Source: Eledone cirrhosa (Eukaryota). From it: DNA of 64,000 nt. Below are positions 13,435 to 26,022 of this stretch, piece by piece. The stretch lies in contig OZ024754.1 in NCBI GenBank assembly GCA_964016885.1, forward strand, positions 34,100,001 through 34,164,000. The letters are read 5' to 3'. The position numbers and the translations under genes are program-made. Within the stretch, counting starts at the first letter, position 1. The number at the start of each line of letters is the position of its first letter. The notes under the pieces were generated by a model. It was given only the letters and a program-made list of their open reading frames with translations. It was not told where the DNA came from and did not search any database.

Positions 13435-13900
13435 TTGTTATACTTTGGGAGGGTCATGTTGCCAATAAGAAACACATGCACCAGTTGCTTTCACTCCAAT
13501 TTATTATAAATTAAATTTATAAATTTAAGAATTTATAAATTTCCGGTTGGTTGGTTGGTTGGTTCCACAACCGGACGGTTGTTCATATATTGTCAAAGTT
13601 CTTTCGTCACACATTCTGCAACCTCTTCAGTGACTGGGGATTCTTTTCTTTGTTTTTGTGCCTCTCCTTTGTTCTGTCCTACGCCATCTTGTTTTTGTGT
13701 GAGTTGTGTGCTTAGTTTGCGCATGTGTTACATCCGCGTGTCTGTGTGTGTTTATATTTGTTTATTTATTTGTTTATTTACATGTTACTGGTTGGTTGTT
13801 TGTTCTATGTGTGTGTGTGTTTTCATTTTGTCCTTAATTGTAAGTTGTGATGTTGCTATTCCATTCATGTTTTCTATTTAATTTTGGTTGGAGTTCATTT
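13435..13900 (-). mobile_element. Penelope-like LTR-type fragment with hammerhead motif at 13592-13634
   Basis: Longer copy of 440-700. Minus strand GTCA-CTGAAGA-GGTTGCAGAATGTGTGAC-GAAA-GAAC-TT-TGAC. Confidence 0.6.
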
Positions 13901-14783
13901 ATGTTTATTGCATATACACATACATACAACCCATGCAAGCGTGGAAGATGGACGTTAAACGATGATGATACATAGATATATATATATATATACACATACA
14001 TACATATATATGATGGCTGCCAACTAGTTTTCGAGTACGGCCACTACTTTATATCCATGTAGGAGAACCCCTACCAATGCGCTGAACGAGGTGACTTTTT
14101 AGTCCAGCCAGCGACTTGAAAACTCTGGTACAAACACTACACTTGTGACAATTATTGACACATAGTGCTGGGCCCATGGTACCATGTGACGACAAGTGCA
14201 GAGAGATCTCCATATATAAAGCAATGCCTATGCCGTGAAGCTTTTATAGTGATCAAAGGCACTGCACAAAGCCAGTCCCACTCTCTTAACCAAGATGATA
14301 TTTACCAAAAAGAAGAACACCTGCAACCCTGATGGTATCCAATGATGTTGACTTGTTCTTCTTTTTGGTATATATATATATACACATACATACATATATA
14401 TATATATATACATACATACATACATATATATATATAGGTTAACACAAATCAATATATTTGATAAACACAAATATCCTCATATTTATGTTTGTATTGTAAA
14501 TGACCAAGTTAGCTAGATAGAAATATACTAATAATAATATTACAGTTTGCCTATCATGACTTAAGATAATACATCATAAATCAACAAAAACAAATTGTAT
14601 TGGCAATATACACATACATACATATATATATATATATATGCTGTGTATATATACATATATATATAATTGTTTCTATTTTAGGCACAATACATACATATAT
14701 ATATATATCTGGCACATATATACATATATATATATATATGCTGTGTATATATACATATATATATAATTGTTTCTATTTTGGGC

Positions 14784-14854
<71 letters not shown>

Positions 14855-14859
14855 GGCAC

Positions 14860-14901
<42 letters not shown>

Positions 14902-14973
14902 TGTGTATATATACATATATATATAATTGTTTCTATTTTTGGCACCAATTATCCCAGTGCATTACTGGTACTT

Positions 14974-15020
<47 letters not shown>

Positions 15021-15794
15021 CATATATCTATATGCATATACATATATGTGTGTGTGTGCGTGCACATGCATGTGTTGTTGTATCTGTGCATCTGCATGTG
15101 TATGCATTTTGACATAGGAGGAAGAAAGAGGGAGAGAGATAGAAATGTGTATGCACACAGTGTATATGAGTGTGTGTGTGTACATGTTTGTATGTGCATC
15201 TGCACACATGTATGCTATGCACTTATATAGGCATGTGGAAGAATACACAAACATGTATGCAGCATGTGCAACACAGGCAAAACAGCGGCAATAATGCTGC
15301 AAGTCTCTGAGTGTATGTGGATGCACCTGCACATACATGAATACACACACACACACACATATATATACACACACACATACACACATACACACACACACAC
15401 ACATATATACACACACACATATGTGTGTGTGTGCGTGTGTAAATGTATATGTGTGTATACATATATGTATATGTGTATGTATGTATATATATATATATAT
15501 ATATATTATGCATATGTGTATGTGGGTATATATGTATACATATATATATATTCATGTGTTTGAATGTACACACACACACACATACAGATACAGACGCACA
15601 GACATAAACATACATGCTGAGAAACTCTCCCCTTTCTAGAAGCTGTTGTATGAGTCATAAGAGAACAACAGGTTTAACAAGCCAAAACCGAGTCACCAAC
15701 AGATGTTATGAGGGAGTTCTTTAACATATATTTGTCAATATTTTCTCTCTCGCAGTTAATGCCTTCAGATTTCGACATATGTTTGTCAATCCTC

Positions 15795-16163
15795 ATAAAC
15801 CCTTTCATTAACATATATCTAATGAATGACATTACTTTTGATTTCCACATCATTTTGAAAATAATCAAGATTTTTAATTTAGTAATATAACTTATACCAT
15901 AAATTAACCCTTTTATTACCATATTTCAAATTACTTTTGAAAATAATCAAGATTTTCAATTTAGTAATACAACTTATACCATAAATTAACCCTTTTAATA
16001 CCATATTTCAAATTACTTTTGAAAATAATCAAGATTTTTAATTTAGTAATACAACTTATACCATAAATTAACCCTTTCATTAACATATTTCAAATTACTT
16101 TTGAAAATAATCAAGATTTTCAATTTATTAATATAACTTATATTATAAATTATTAACCCTTTC
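15795..16163. repeat. AT-rich tandem repeat, unit about 80 bp
   Basis: TTTTGAAAATAATCAAGATTTT...ACTTATACCATAAATTAACCCTTT repeated four times. Confidence 0.8.
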
Positions 16164-16164
16164 A

Positions 16165-16323
16165 GCACAGCTCCCATGACTTTCGGAAACATTTTTTCAC
16201 ACTTAGAGTTGCTGAAGCATGGAACAAACTACCTGCATCAGTTGTTAGCTGCCAAGGCACTGCGTCCTTTAAAACCTCCATGCTTCCTGAAATTCGCCAA
16301 CATTACACCTGATATCCCCCCTC

Positions 16324-16358
<35 letters not shown>

Positions 16359-16509
16359 CACCTGATATCCCCCCTCCATACACACACACACACACATATA
16401 TATCATGACTCATACACTGATCACTTTCCTGACATTTGTTCATTATTCTATGTACTATACAAGCACTTTTGACAAGTTGTAGTGCACCTGAGCACTGTAC
16501 ACAATAATT

Positions 16510-16541
<32 letters not shown>
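16165..16541 (+). mobile_element. CR1-clade LINE 3' fragment
   Basis: Copy of 113-415; DFRKHFFTLRVAEAWNKLPASVV; (ATT)n tail. Confidence 0.7.
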
Positions 16542-16546
<5 letters not shown>

Positions 16547-17119
16547 ATTTCAAATTCCTTTTGAAAATAATCAAAATTTTATGGGATTTTGTAATATAAC
16601 AAATATCTCATTATTAAGTTTATATTAAAAGCAATAGATTGGCAGTGTCAGAAGAGCATCAGATGACATGTTTTGTGGCATAGAGTTACACTCCTTTACA
16701 TTCTGAGTTTTGAATCCTTCTGATTAGTTTTGCCTTTTCATCCTTATGGACTCGATGAGATAAAATACCAGTAATATACTGGGGCCAATTTAATCGATTT
16801 TTCCCATCCTTCTGCCAAATGTAGAAACAATTATTAAATCTATATCTGGAACATAACTTAAGGTAGATAAAATTATGATAGAAGAGTTTTAGATGAATAA
16901 ATATATAAATACCTTTGCTACCATATTTGAATGAAAAACAGGCTGCGATTGTTATATATATATATTCATTTTATTAACCCTGTGATAGACAGGCAAAAGT
17001 AACAAGGCTCACTATTTAGGCTAAAAAAAATAAATATTTAAACTCTATTTTGGTATTGAGTACCTTTTTCTCACAGCCATCAACTACATATGGATGTAAA
17101 TATAAATATATATACACAC

Positions 17120-17149
<30 letters not shown>

Positions 17150-17150
<1 letters not shown>

Positions 17151-17455
17151 GGATGCCCTTCCTAAAACCAACCTCATTTACAGTGAATGCTGGGTGCTTT
17201 TTTTTTCTGTGGTGCCTACACATCCACTTTACAGTGTGGGCTGGGTGCTTTTTTGCTGTGACACCTCCACGACCACTTTGCAGTGGAATGATAGGGACTC
17301 CAGTCCTATCATCTCATTTCTACAGCTGAGTAAACTGGAACAATGTGAAATAAAGTGTCTTGAACAAGGAAACAACACATCACCCGGTCTGAGAATTGAA
17401 CTCACAACCTTTCGATTGCAAGCCCAATGCTCTAACCACTAAGCCATGTGCCTCC
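17150..17455 (-). mobile_element. tRNA-derived SINE family 1
   Basis: Reverse complement of 62838-63180, with A/B boxes. Confidence 0.85.
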
Positions 17456-17764
17456 ATCATATATACACATATATATATATATATACACACACACATACAT
17501 ATATATATGCAATATATATATATATATATACACACACATATATATATAAATACACACACACATACATATATACACACACATATACATATATATACATTTG
17601 TGTGTGTACATATGGGTGGTAAATTGGCAGAGGTGTTAGAAGGTTGGATATAATGCTTTACAGTATTCACTGCGACCTCTCTGTCGATGTCAACATTGCC
17701 TTTCATCCTTTTAAGATCCATAAAAAAGTACCAGCCAAGTCCTCTGTCTATGTGACTGTAGGTA

Positions 17765-17798
<34 letters not shown>

Positions 17799-17809
17799 GT
17801 TATATATAA

Positions 17810-18015
17810 CGAAGGAAGTGTGGTAAAGAACCAGGTGGACCATAACCCACCAAAGTACTCAATACTTAGGGTAGTAGAGTGGGTAATAGGAATGAGTAGG
17901 ACCCTGACGGCTGAGCTCAAGCCGTTTCGACGGCTAATTCTGGACTAAATTCTGGATTTAGTCCAGAAATAGCCGTCGAAACGGCTTGAGCTCAGCCATC
18001 AGGGTCCTACTCGTT

Positions 18016-18020
<5 letters not shown>
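17810..18020. repeat. unclassified structured interspersed repeat with terminal inversion
   Basis: Copies at 18925-19060, 26275-26423 and 60845-60965, fragments at 25870-25910 and 53270-53312. Inverted repeat at 17886-18020. Confidence 0.75.
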
Positions 18021-18076
<56 letters not shown>

Positions 18077-18446
18077 AAACATGTCTATAGAATCACCAGA
18101 TATTTTACACCTAATTCTGTTTAATTGACTGTATATCTGGGCGATTCATACACGCTGTCGAAATATTCGATAAATATTCCGTCACAGCCGGCGCGAAGGG
18201 CTGGTTTCGGTTATTTGTCAGAGATTTCTTCATAGAAGCCTTATTCTTATAGCTTGGTCTAATCGATTTTTTATATGGTTAATTATGCTAATTGGGAGAG
18301 GAAATGGTATATATTTTATCTGGTGATTCTATAGACATGTTTTATGATATATAGCGCTGATTATTTAATTTATTAACTCTTCATTGAACCACAAAGTGAC
18401 CCGTTGCAAAACACGTATATATGTATATATGTATATATATGTAAAC

Positions 18447-18488
<42 letters not shown>

Positions 18489-18520
18489 AGATCAAAAGAT
18501 GGTTAAAGGAATTCCATGTA

Positions 18521-18587
18521 TTTTATTATGTGCATTTCAAAAACAAACATCATCATGTAATAATATTTGTGTTTTCATCAGATAAAA
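18521..18587 (-). ncRNA. type I hammerhead ribozyme motif (mirror copy)
   Basis: Reverse-complement copy of 18710-18776. Confidence 0.75.
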
Positions 18588-18709
18588 CAGGAGGACATGA
18601 TATGAAGGCTAAAAAACACTTGTGGATAGTGCAGTTTTAAATCAACATATGTTGATTTAAAACTGCACTATCCACAAGTGTTTTTTAGCCTTCATATCAT
18701 GTCCTCCTG

Positions 18710-18776
18710 TTTTATCTGATGAAAACACAAATATTATTACATGATGATGTTTGTTTTTGAAATGCACATAATAAAA
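18710..18776 (+). ncRNA. type I hammerhead ribozyme motif
   Basis: TTTTAT-CTGATGA-[AAACACAAATATTATT acat GATGATGTTTGTTTTT]-GAAA-TGCACAT-A-ATAAAA: 6-bp stem I, long stem II, short stem III, AUA site. Confidence 0.75.
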
Positions 18777-19055
18777 TACATGGAATTCCTTTAACCATCT
18801 TTTGATCTTATATATTATGTATACTCCAGTCCTACAAACTGTAGCGTGCTTCTTATCCGATATCTGCATTGCTTTATTGTACTACAATAAAACTCACCTC
18901 CTACATATATATATATATATATATATAACGGAAGAAATGTGGTAAGGAACCAGGTGGACCATAACGCACCAAAGTACTCAATACTTAGGGTAGTAGAGCG
19001 GGTAATAGGAACGAGTAGGACCCCGACGGCTGAGCTCAAACCGTTTCGACGGCTA

Positions 19056-19107
<52 letters not shown>

Positions 19108-19405
19108 TAAATTAGCGAGAATCGTATTTCGGCTTAGGAATTAACGAAAAACAGCTTCCGAGATATGTGGCAAGCGCTCGATGATTCAGATGAACCAGAG
19201 CTACAACAAACGTTAAAGGCCAAACACACTGAGACAATGGTTAAACAAACATCCGCACAGCCAAAGAAACGACCAAGTAATTCGGGTCAAACAATAAAAA
19301 TATATGTGATTGAAAATATATATAGTTTAATAAATAGACAGAGAACATAAAACAGAGAGGCAGTACAAATGATATAGTATTAGTTTCACGCTTTTGAGAG
19401 TGGGG

Positions 19406-19454
<49 letters not shown>

Positions 19455-19590
19455 CATACATATATTCAAATATATATATACACACATATATCATATATGC
19501 ACATATATACACATACACACATACATACATACATGTTTTTTTTATGTGTATACATATATCATATATCATATGCACATATATACACACACA

Positions 19591-19626
<36 letters not shown>

Positions 19627-19780
19627 CGTTTAACGTCCGTGTTCCACGCTTGCATGGGTTTGGACGGGGGTTTTCCCACTTGAGGCAAGAGTGATTGTCT
19701 TGCTCGCATAGGACTGTCTGGCGGGTTTTCTACAGCTGAATGCCCTTCCTAACACCAACCACATTTACAGTGTGGGGCTA

Positions 19781-19833
<53 letters not shown>

Positions 19834-20185
19834 TATATATATCATATATGCACATATACACACACACATTCATACATCATCATCATCATATATATATATA
19901 TGAATATATGTATCATATATATATATATCATATATATATATCATATATGCACATATAAACACATATGCACATACACACATATATATACACACTCACACAC
20001 ACCCATACACACATATATATATATATACACACATGCACACATTATATACAAACGCACACACACACATATATATATAAATATATAATAAAGTGTGTGTCAG
20101 GCTTTAAGAGTGTATTTCACCACTAATATAGGGTTGCACACCTCTACTGTGAACTTGCAACGCTTCCATGCATTTGACAGAATAT

Positions 20186-20707
20186 ACCACCTCCACCAGC
20201 ACCACCACCTACACCAGCACCACCACCTACACCAGCACCACCACCTACACCACCACCAACACCACCAGCACCACCTGCACCACCACCTACACCACCACCT
20301 GCACCACCACCTACACCACCACCAACACCACCAGCACCACCTACACCACCACCTGCACCACCAACTCCACCTACACCACCACCTACACCTCCAACTCCAC
20401 CTACACCACCACCAACTCCACCAACTCCACCACCACCACATACACCACCACCTGCACCACCACCACCACCTACACCACCACCTGCACCAACACCACTAAC
20501 TCCACCACCACCTGCACCAACACCTACACCACCACCTACACCACCACCTGAACCAACACCACCACTACCACCACCTACACCACCTCCATCTGCACCCCAC
20601 CCCCCACCACATCCATCTGCACCACCACCACCTACACCGTCCGCACCACCACAATAAAGACTACCACCACCAATACATTACCACCACAAAGACCACTCCA
20701 ACAACAA

Positions 20708-20749
<42 letters not shown>

Positions 20750-20770
20750 CAACGACGACACTGCCACCAT
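20186..20770. repeat. (ACC)n, (CAA)n and (CAG)n tracts
   Basis: Directly visible. Confidence 0.9.
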
Positions 20771-21209
20771 AAGTATCAGCATCGTTCATCTTCAAACACT
20801 GGATGTTTGAAGATGTTGTTTGATTGTGTTTGATGTTTGATGTACAGTTTCCTGCAAAAGAACTCCTAATGAATGGAAAGGAAATTTCTTTGCTGTTCCC
20901 TTTTATTACAGAATCCTTCTCTTTATATTCAATTGCAAGCATTGAATTACATGCAGATGATTGCATTTTACTGCACTTCACTTAAAATCACTTTGTGTCA
21001 CTCACACACTCACACAGTGTTTCATTCAATTGGATGTCCTACATGTTAAGTGGCGCGTCTTTCATTAGAAATATGGTAACATCGAAGTCACAATCAATGT
21101 TCTTCTAAGAAAAAAATATATACCCTACCTACATGTATTGAGTGCTTATTCAGTTAAAGTTTGAATGTTTTATGTACTATACTATATTAAACATCCATTC
21201 TAATATATA

Positions 21210-21540
21210 TCATCATCATTTCATTTTACGTCCGCTTTTTCCCTGCTTGCAAGGGTGGGACGGGAACTGATTCTGGCTTGATTTCTACAGCTGGATGCCC
21301 TTCCTAACACCAACCTCATTTACAGTGAGTGCTGGGTGCTTTTTTGCTGTGGCACCTCCACGACCACTTTGCAGTGGAATGATAGGGACCGCAGTCCCTA
21401 TCATCTCATTTCTACAGCTGAGTAAACTGGAGCAATGTGAAATAAAGTGTCTTGCTCAAGGAAACAACACATCACCCAGTCTGAGAATTGAACTCACAAC
21501 CTTTCGATTGCAAGGCCAATGCTCTAACCACTAAGCCATA
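21210..21540 (-). mobile_element. SINE family 1 with RTE-type tail
   Basis: Reverse complement of 62838-63180. Confidence 0.85.
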
Positions 21541-21680
21541 TATATATATCCAGTGGGTGTAACTAGGAGTTACTGCAGGTTCACCCGGGTTAGCACTCGA
21601 TGTTTAGGTTCACTTCTGTGATGATGTGTAGAGCTATACAGAGTGTAAAATATAGAAAGGATAAAAAAGACATTTTAAGA

Positions 21681-21767
21681 GGGTCCGTCGAGCTGCCGAT
21701 TATTGAGTCGGGTAGGATCGATATAGATCGAACCTTGAGCTGATCAGTGGCGAAACGTGCGTCACCT
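21681..21767 (+). ncRNA. degenerate or variant hammerhead motif
   Basis: GGGT-CCGTCGA-GCTGCCGATT...GATCAGTGGC-GAAAC-GTGC-GTC-ACCT then AATAAA. Core differs from CTGANGA at two positions. Confidence 0.45.
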
Positions 21768-21829
21768 ATCAATAAATGCAATGAAGGAATAATCAATCGT
21801 CCTTTTTATCCTTTCTATATATATATATA

Positions 21830-22282
21830 TTACACCTCTCCAAGACAATGTCACTGGACCGAGACCTTTGGCGGTACTCAGTAATAGAGAAGACCCGCTT
21901 TACCTAAATACAAAGTAAAACCTACTACAGCCAGTAGGCATCTCTAACTAAATACACCCCCGTCCCACCACCCCCACCCCATCCACACCGCCCCTTCAAT
22001 GTAAAGTTATGTTGGTGCCACAACATCCAGGCCGAAACAAATGAGATCGTGTAGACACAGTCCACGCTGTAATGTGGCCGTGTAGGCAACACGGTAAAAA
22101 CCTCCCAGCCCCACACTGTAAATGTGGTTGGTGTTAGGAAGGGCATCCAGCTGTAGAAAACCCGCCAGACAGTCCTATGCGAGCAAGACAACCACTCTTG
22201 CCTCAAGTGGGAAAACCCCCGTCCAAACCCATGCAAGCGTGGAACACGGACGTTAAACGTTGATGATGATGATGATGATGAT
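21830..22282 (+). mobile_element. RTE LINE family A 3' end and 3' UTR
   Basis: Matches 30731-31163; (GAT)n tail. Confidence 0.85.
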
Positions 22283-22422
22283 ATATATATATTATGTATA
22301 TGCATATAATTGTTTCTACTTTTGGCACAAGGCCAGCAATTACCCAGTGGTAACTTACTGGTACTTTATTTTATCGACATATATATAATATATATGTAAG
22401 TGTTTATATATGTATATATTAT

Positions 22423-22950
22423 GTCAGGCCGCTCTCGAGTGCTACGGGTAACATGTAACCCAGTAGAACTTGTCTCATGGTCGGGTCGGCAGCGACTAAA
22501 CCGGCAATCTCACCAAGCTAACTTGGTGAGGAGGGTGATATTTGAACACCCTGTGGGATGAAATAGAAGACCCGGAAAAGGGCTGAGGAACTCAGCAGAG
22601 TCAACGGCCATCCATATAGTAGTTTTTTTTTTTGTTTTTGTTTTTTTTTCACCTGGGAGTGAAAGGCCCCCAGTTTCTGTCACAACACCTTTCTAGGAGA
22701 AGGAAACTGAAAAAAAACCTGCGGCTTCAGAAGCATCCGATGATGTTGACCAGTTCTCCTTTTCGGGTAGTGTTTTCGATTCTCAGAGAGTGGGATTGGT
22801 TGAGCGCAAGGCCTTTCCCCACTTTAAAAAACCTTCAAAACACAGGCATTGCTTGTTCGGGATATGTTACAGGTTTGCATGGCTGCTCGTAGCCTAAAAG
22901 TGCACCAAACTCTATAAGAGATTGTAATACTCTTAGCAGAGTTTGCAGCC
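22423..22950 (+). mobile_element. GC-richer structured insert, possibly an RTE-clade 5' UTR
   Basis: Several hairpins (CTCACCAAG/CTTGGTGAG, AGGGTG/CACCCT). The CTAGGAGAAGGAAACT motif recalls RTE leaders. Flanked by TA repeats. Confidence 0.35.
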
Positions 22951-23466
22951 ATCATATATATATATATATATCATCAGCAGCACTGTTTAGCATCCATTTT
23001 ACCATCCTTGCATGGGTTAGACAGGTGATCCATGCTGGGAGACAAGTCTGGCCAGAATTGACCATGCCGTACCTTGCTCCGACAATACTGTAAATTTGGC
23101 ACGGGATTTGGCAATTGATAATTGGATAATCCAATCACAATAGTTTTACAATATCACAGAGCATATATATATATATATATATATAATAAATGTAATCTGA
23201 GTTTTTCGAATATTAATAATAACATTCGATTCATTTATGCAAACAAGCCTCAATTTTATAGCCATGTCAGTAGAATGAACCCTTCATTCTTGCTCTTGTG
23301 TTGGCATGTGCATAATTGCAAACGAATCAAATGTTATTATTAATATTCAAAAAACTCAGATTACATTTATTGTATTCAGCCATGTAGAGCGAACAAAGTT
23401 TTCTTTTATATATATATATATATATACAAAGAATGAAGATTAACAAGGATTTTAATTAAAACATTT

Positions 23467-23540
23467 AATTGGTTTATCACTATTTCATTAAACTAACAAG
23501 AATACTCCATTTCTGTTGGAATAACTCCTCAGAATCAATT
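23467..23540 (-). ncRNA. degenerate hammerhead motif inside an old inverted repeat (about 23438-23690)
   Basis: Minus strand AATTGATT-CTGAGGA-[stem II]-GAAA-TAGTGAT-A-AACCAATT. More decayed mirror copy at about 23600-23660 (CCGAGGA...GAAA). Confidence 0.5.
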
Positions 23541-23707
23541 AAAGACAAATATATATACACTAAAGTTCTTGGACAGGTAAAGTATAAATTATTTGTATTT
23601 AATCGATTCCGAGGAATGGAATATTCTTGTTAGTCTAATGAAATGGTTATAAATTAATTAAATGCTTTAATTGAAATCCTTGTTAATTTGTGTTCCTTAT
23701 ATATATA

Positions 23708-24088
23708 TCATCATCATTTTACGTCCACTTTTCCCTGCTTACAAGGGTGGGACGGGAACTGATTCTGGCTTGATTTCTACAGCTGGATGCCCTTCCTAAC
23801 ACCAACTTCATTTACAGTGAGTGCTGCGTGCTTTTTTTTCACTGGCGCTTACACGTCCACTTTACGGTGTGGGCTGAGTGCTTTTTTGCAGTGGCACCTC
23901 CACGACCACTTTGCAGTGGAATGATATGGACCCCAGTCCCTATCATCTCATTTCTACAGCTGAGTAAACTGGAGCAATGTGAAATAAAGTGTCTTGCTCA
24001 AGGAAACAACACATCACCCGGTCTGAGAATTGAACTCACAACCTTTCGATTGCAAACCCAATGCTCTAACCACTAAGCCATGTGCCTC
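23708..24088 (-). mobile_element. SINE family 1 with RTE-type tail
   Basis: Full head-to-tail copy. Confidence 0.85.
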
Positions 24089-24204
24089 TATATATATATA
24101 TATATATTATAGTTGCAACAGTAAACAAAAAACAACGTGAAAGCAAAGAGGCAGTGCAAATGTTAATATTAGTTTCACGCTTGAGAGTGGGGGGGGGGTG
24201 AGGA

Positions 24205-24235
24205 CGACATTTTGGGCATAAGCCCTTCATCAGGA
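24205..24235 (-). ncRNA. CpG-decayed minimal Penelope-type hammerhead motif
   Basis: Minus strand CTC-CTGATGA-A-GGGC(ttat)GCCC-AAAATGTCG. Reverting two CpG transitions gives GCCC-GAAACGTCG. Confidence 0.5.
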
Positions 24236-24629
24236 GAAAAGTGGAATTGAGTTCCAAGGGTGTGAGGGGAAGCGGTGGAAAGGCATTAAAAGGGGGGGGG
24301 GTCTCATCATCATCATCGATTAACGTCTATCTTCCATGCTAACATGGGTTAGACGGGTTTGTCCCATTCAGAGGCAAGTTGGTCAGGTGACCGTGTCTCG
24401 CTCATATAGGAGAGTTTCTGGTTGGTTTTCTACGGCTGGATGCCCCTCCCAAAGCCAACATATATATATATATATGCTCTGTGATATTGTAAAACTATTG
24501 TGATTGGAAATTTACTAATTGGAGGATTAAACGCTTAACTGTCTTTTACCTATCTTGCTGTGGACTGAGCCTTAAACATTTTTCTTTACCTTTATATGGT
24601 TGTTTTATCAACTCATTTAAACTTGTTTA

Positions 24630-24865
24630 TATATATATAAGATTGTGTAAGACAGAACAAAGGAGGGACATAAAATAAAAATCTAGTCACTGACGAGGTC
24701 ACAGAATGTGTGACAAAAGAGCTTTGACAATATATAAACATTAACAACTATCCGGTTATCAAACCAACCAATCAACCAACCAGAAGTTTATAATAAATTG
24801 AAGTGAAAACGAACAGGTGCATGTGTTTTTATTGGCAACATGACCCTCCCAAAGTATAACAATAT
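24630..24865 (+). mobile_element. Penelope-like LTR-type fragment with decayed hammerhead at 24686-24728
   Basis: GTCA-CTGACGA-G-GTCACA(gaatg)TGTGAC-AAAA-GAGC-TT-TGAC, AATAAA near 24792. Same family as 440-700. Confidence 0.6.
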
Positions 24866-24944
24866 CTCTTTCAACACACATTTGTTTTCAGATAAGAAAT
24901 CTTGCAAAACAAATTCAAAAACGAAGTATATATATATATATATA

Positions 24945-24995
<51 letters not shown>

Positions 24996-25002
24996 ATACA
25001 AA

Positions 25003-25214
25003 GGGTGAAGAAGTGCCAGGAAATGCCAGTTGAAGGAAGACGTGGTAGAGGTAGACCACGAAAAACATGGGCGGAGGTGGTGAGAACAGACCTCAGATCA
25101 TTGAAGCTCACGGTGGAGATGACGAAGGACCGTGACGAGTGGAGAGATGATGTGCTGAATAAGACCCGTCCCACCCTTGCAAGCAGGGAAAAGCGGACGT
25201 AAAATGATGATGAT
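25003..25214 (+). mobile_element. RTE LINE family B 3' end
   Basis: VKKCQEMPVEGRRGRGRPRKTWAEVVRTDL...SREKRT* then (GAT)n. Confidence 0.9.
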
Positions 25215-25608
25215 ACATACATTTCTGGTTCTTCTGTTAGTTTCAACAATATGCATTCAGTTATTTGTTCAAATAGACATCCTACTCATTAAATTAACAT
25301 ATGGCATGGCTACTGAGTATTGTAAAGGTACGCATTACTTTATCCCTGATTTCGGCTGATCAAAAGAAATGGGGCTGATCATGAGACCAGACCAAGGAAA
25401 CTATGTTTCCATTGGTCTTTCTTTCCATTGCTGATACTGTTTGAATACCACAACTCCTGGCAGAGGAAGATGTAATTTGAACTAATAAAAACATGAGAGT
25501 GATCGTACATAGGCGGGATTACAGATCCCTGGTTTGTCTGGGAGATCAGGGGTCCCTGCTTCAGTAAACCTGTCCAACCCTTCCTAGCAGGGAAAGCAGA
25601 CATTAAAG

Positions 25609-25642
<34 letters not shown>

Positions 25643-25909
25643 AACCACAGCACCAGATCAGATCCTGCCAATCCATCAGACAGGGAGACGGGTATTTTAT
25701 TTATCAACCCCAAAAGGATGAAAAGCAAAGTTGAGCTCAGTGGGATTTGAACTCTGAGCGCAGGAAGACAGATCAAGTGTTGAGACATGTAAGCAAACAC
25801 TCTAACAACTCTGCCATGTTGACACCAAATTGGCTGTCAAACTGCTGCAATAATTTAGTTCACAACACACACGTTATGGTCCATCTGGTTCCTTACCACA
25901 TTTCCTTTG

Positions 25910-25977
<68 letters not shown>

Positions 25978-26022
25978 CGTAAAATAAGAAAATTATAAAA
26001 TTAACTTACTTACTAAAAAATC

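Larger units (their letters stand above)
18479..18818. repeat. 340-bp perfect palindrome
   Basis: Centre CAACAT|ATGTTG at 18648/18649. The ORF track shows the same peptide on both strands. Confidence 0.95.

Noticed and set aside
17194-17442. Recurring 80-aa ORF (IISFLQLSKLEQCEIKCL)
   Set aside because: Antisense translation of SINE family 1, repeated at every copy.
18150-18245. Minus-strand hammerhead-like fragment (ATGAAGA...GAAAC)
   Set aside because: Core and stem II are unconvincing.
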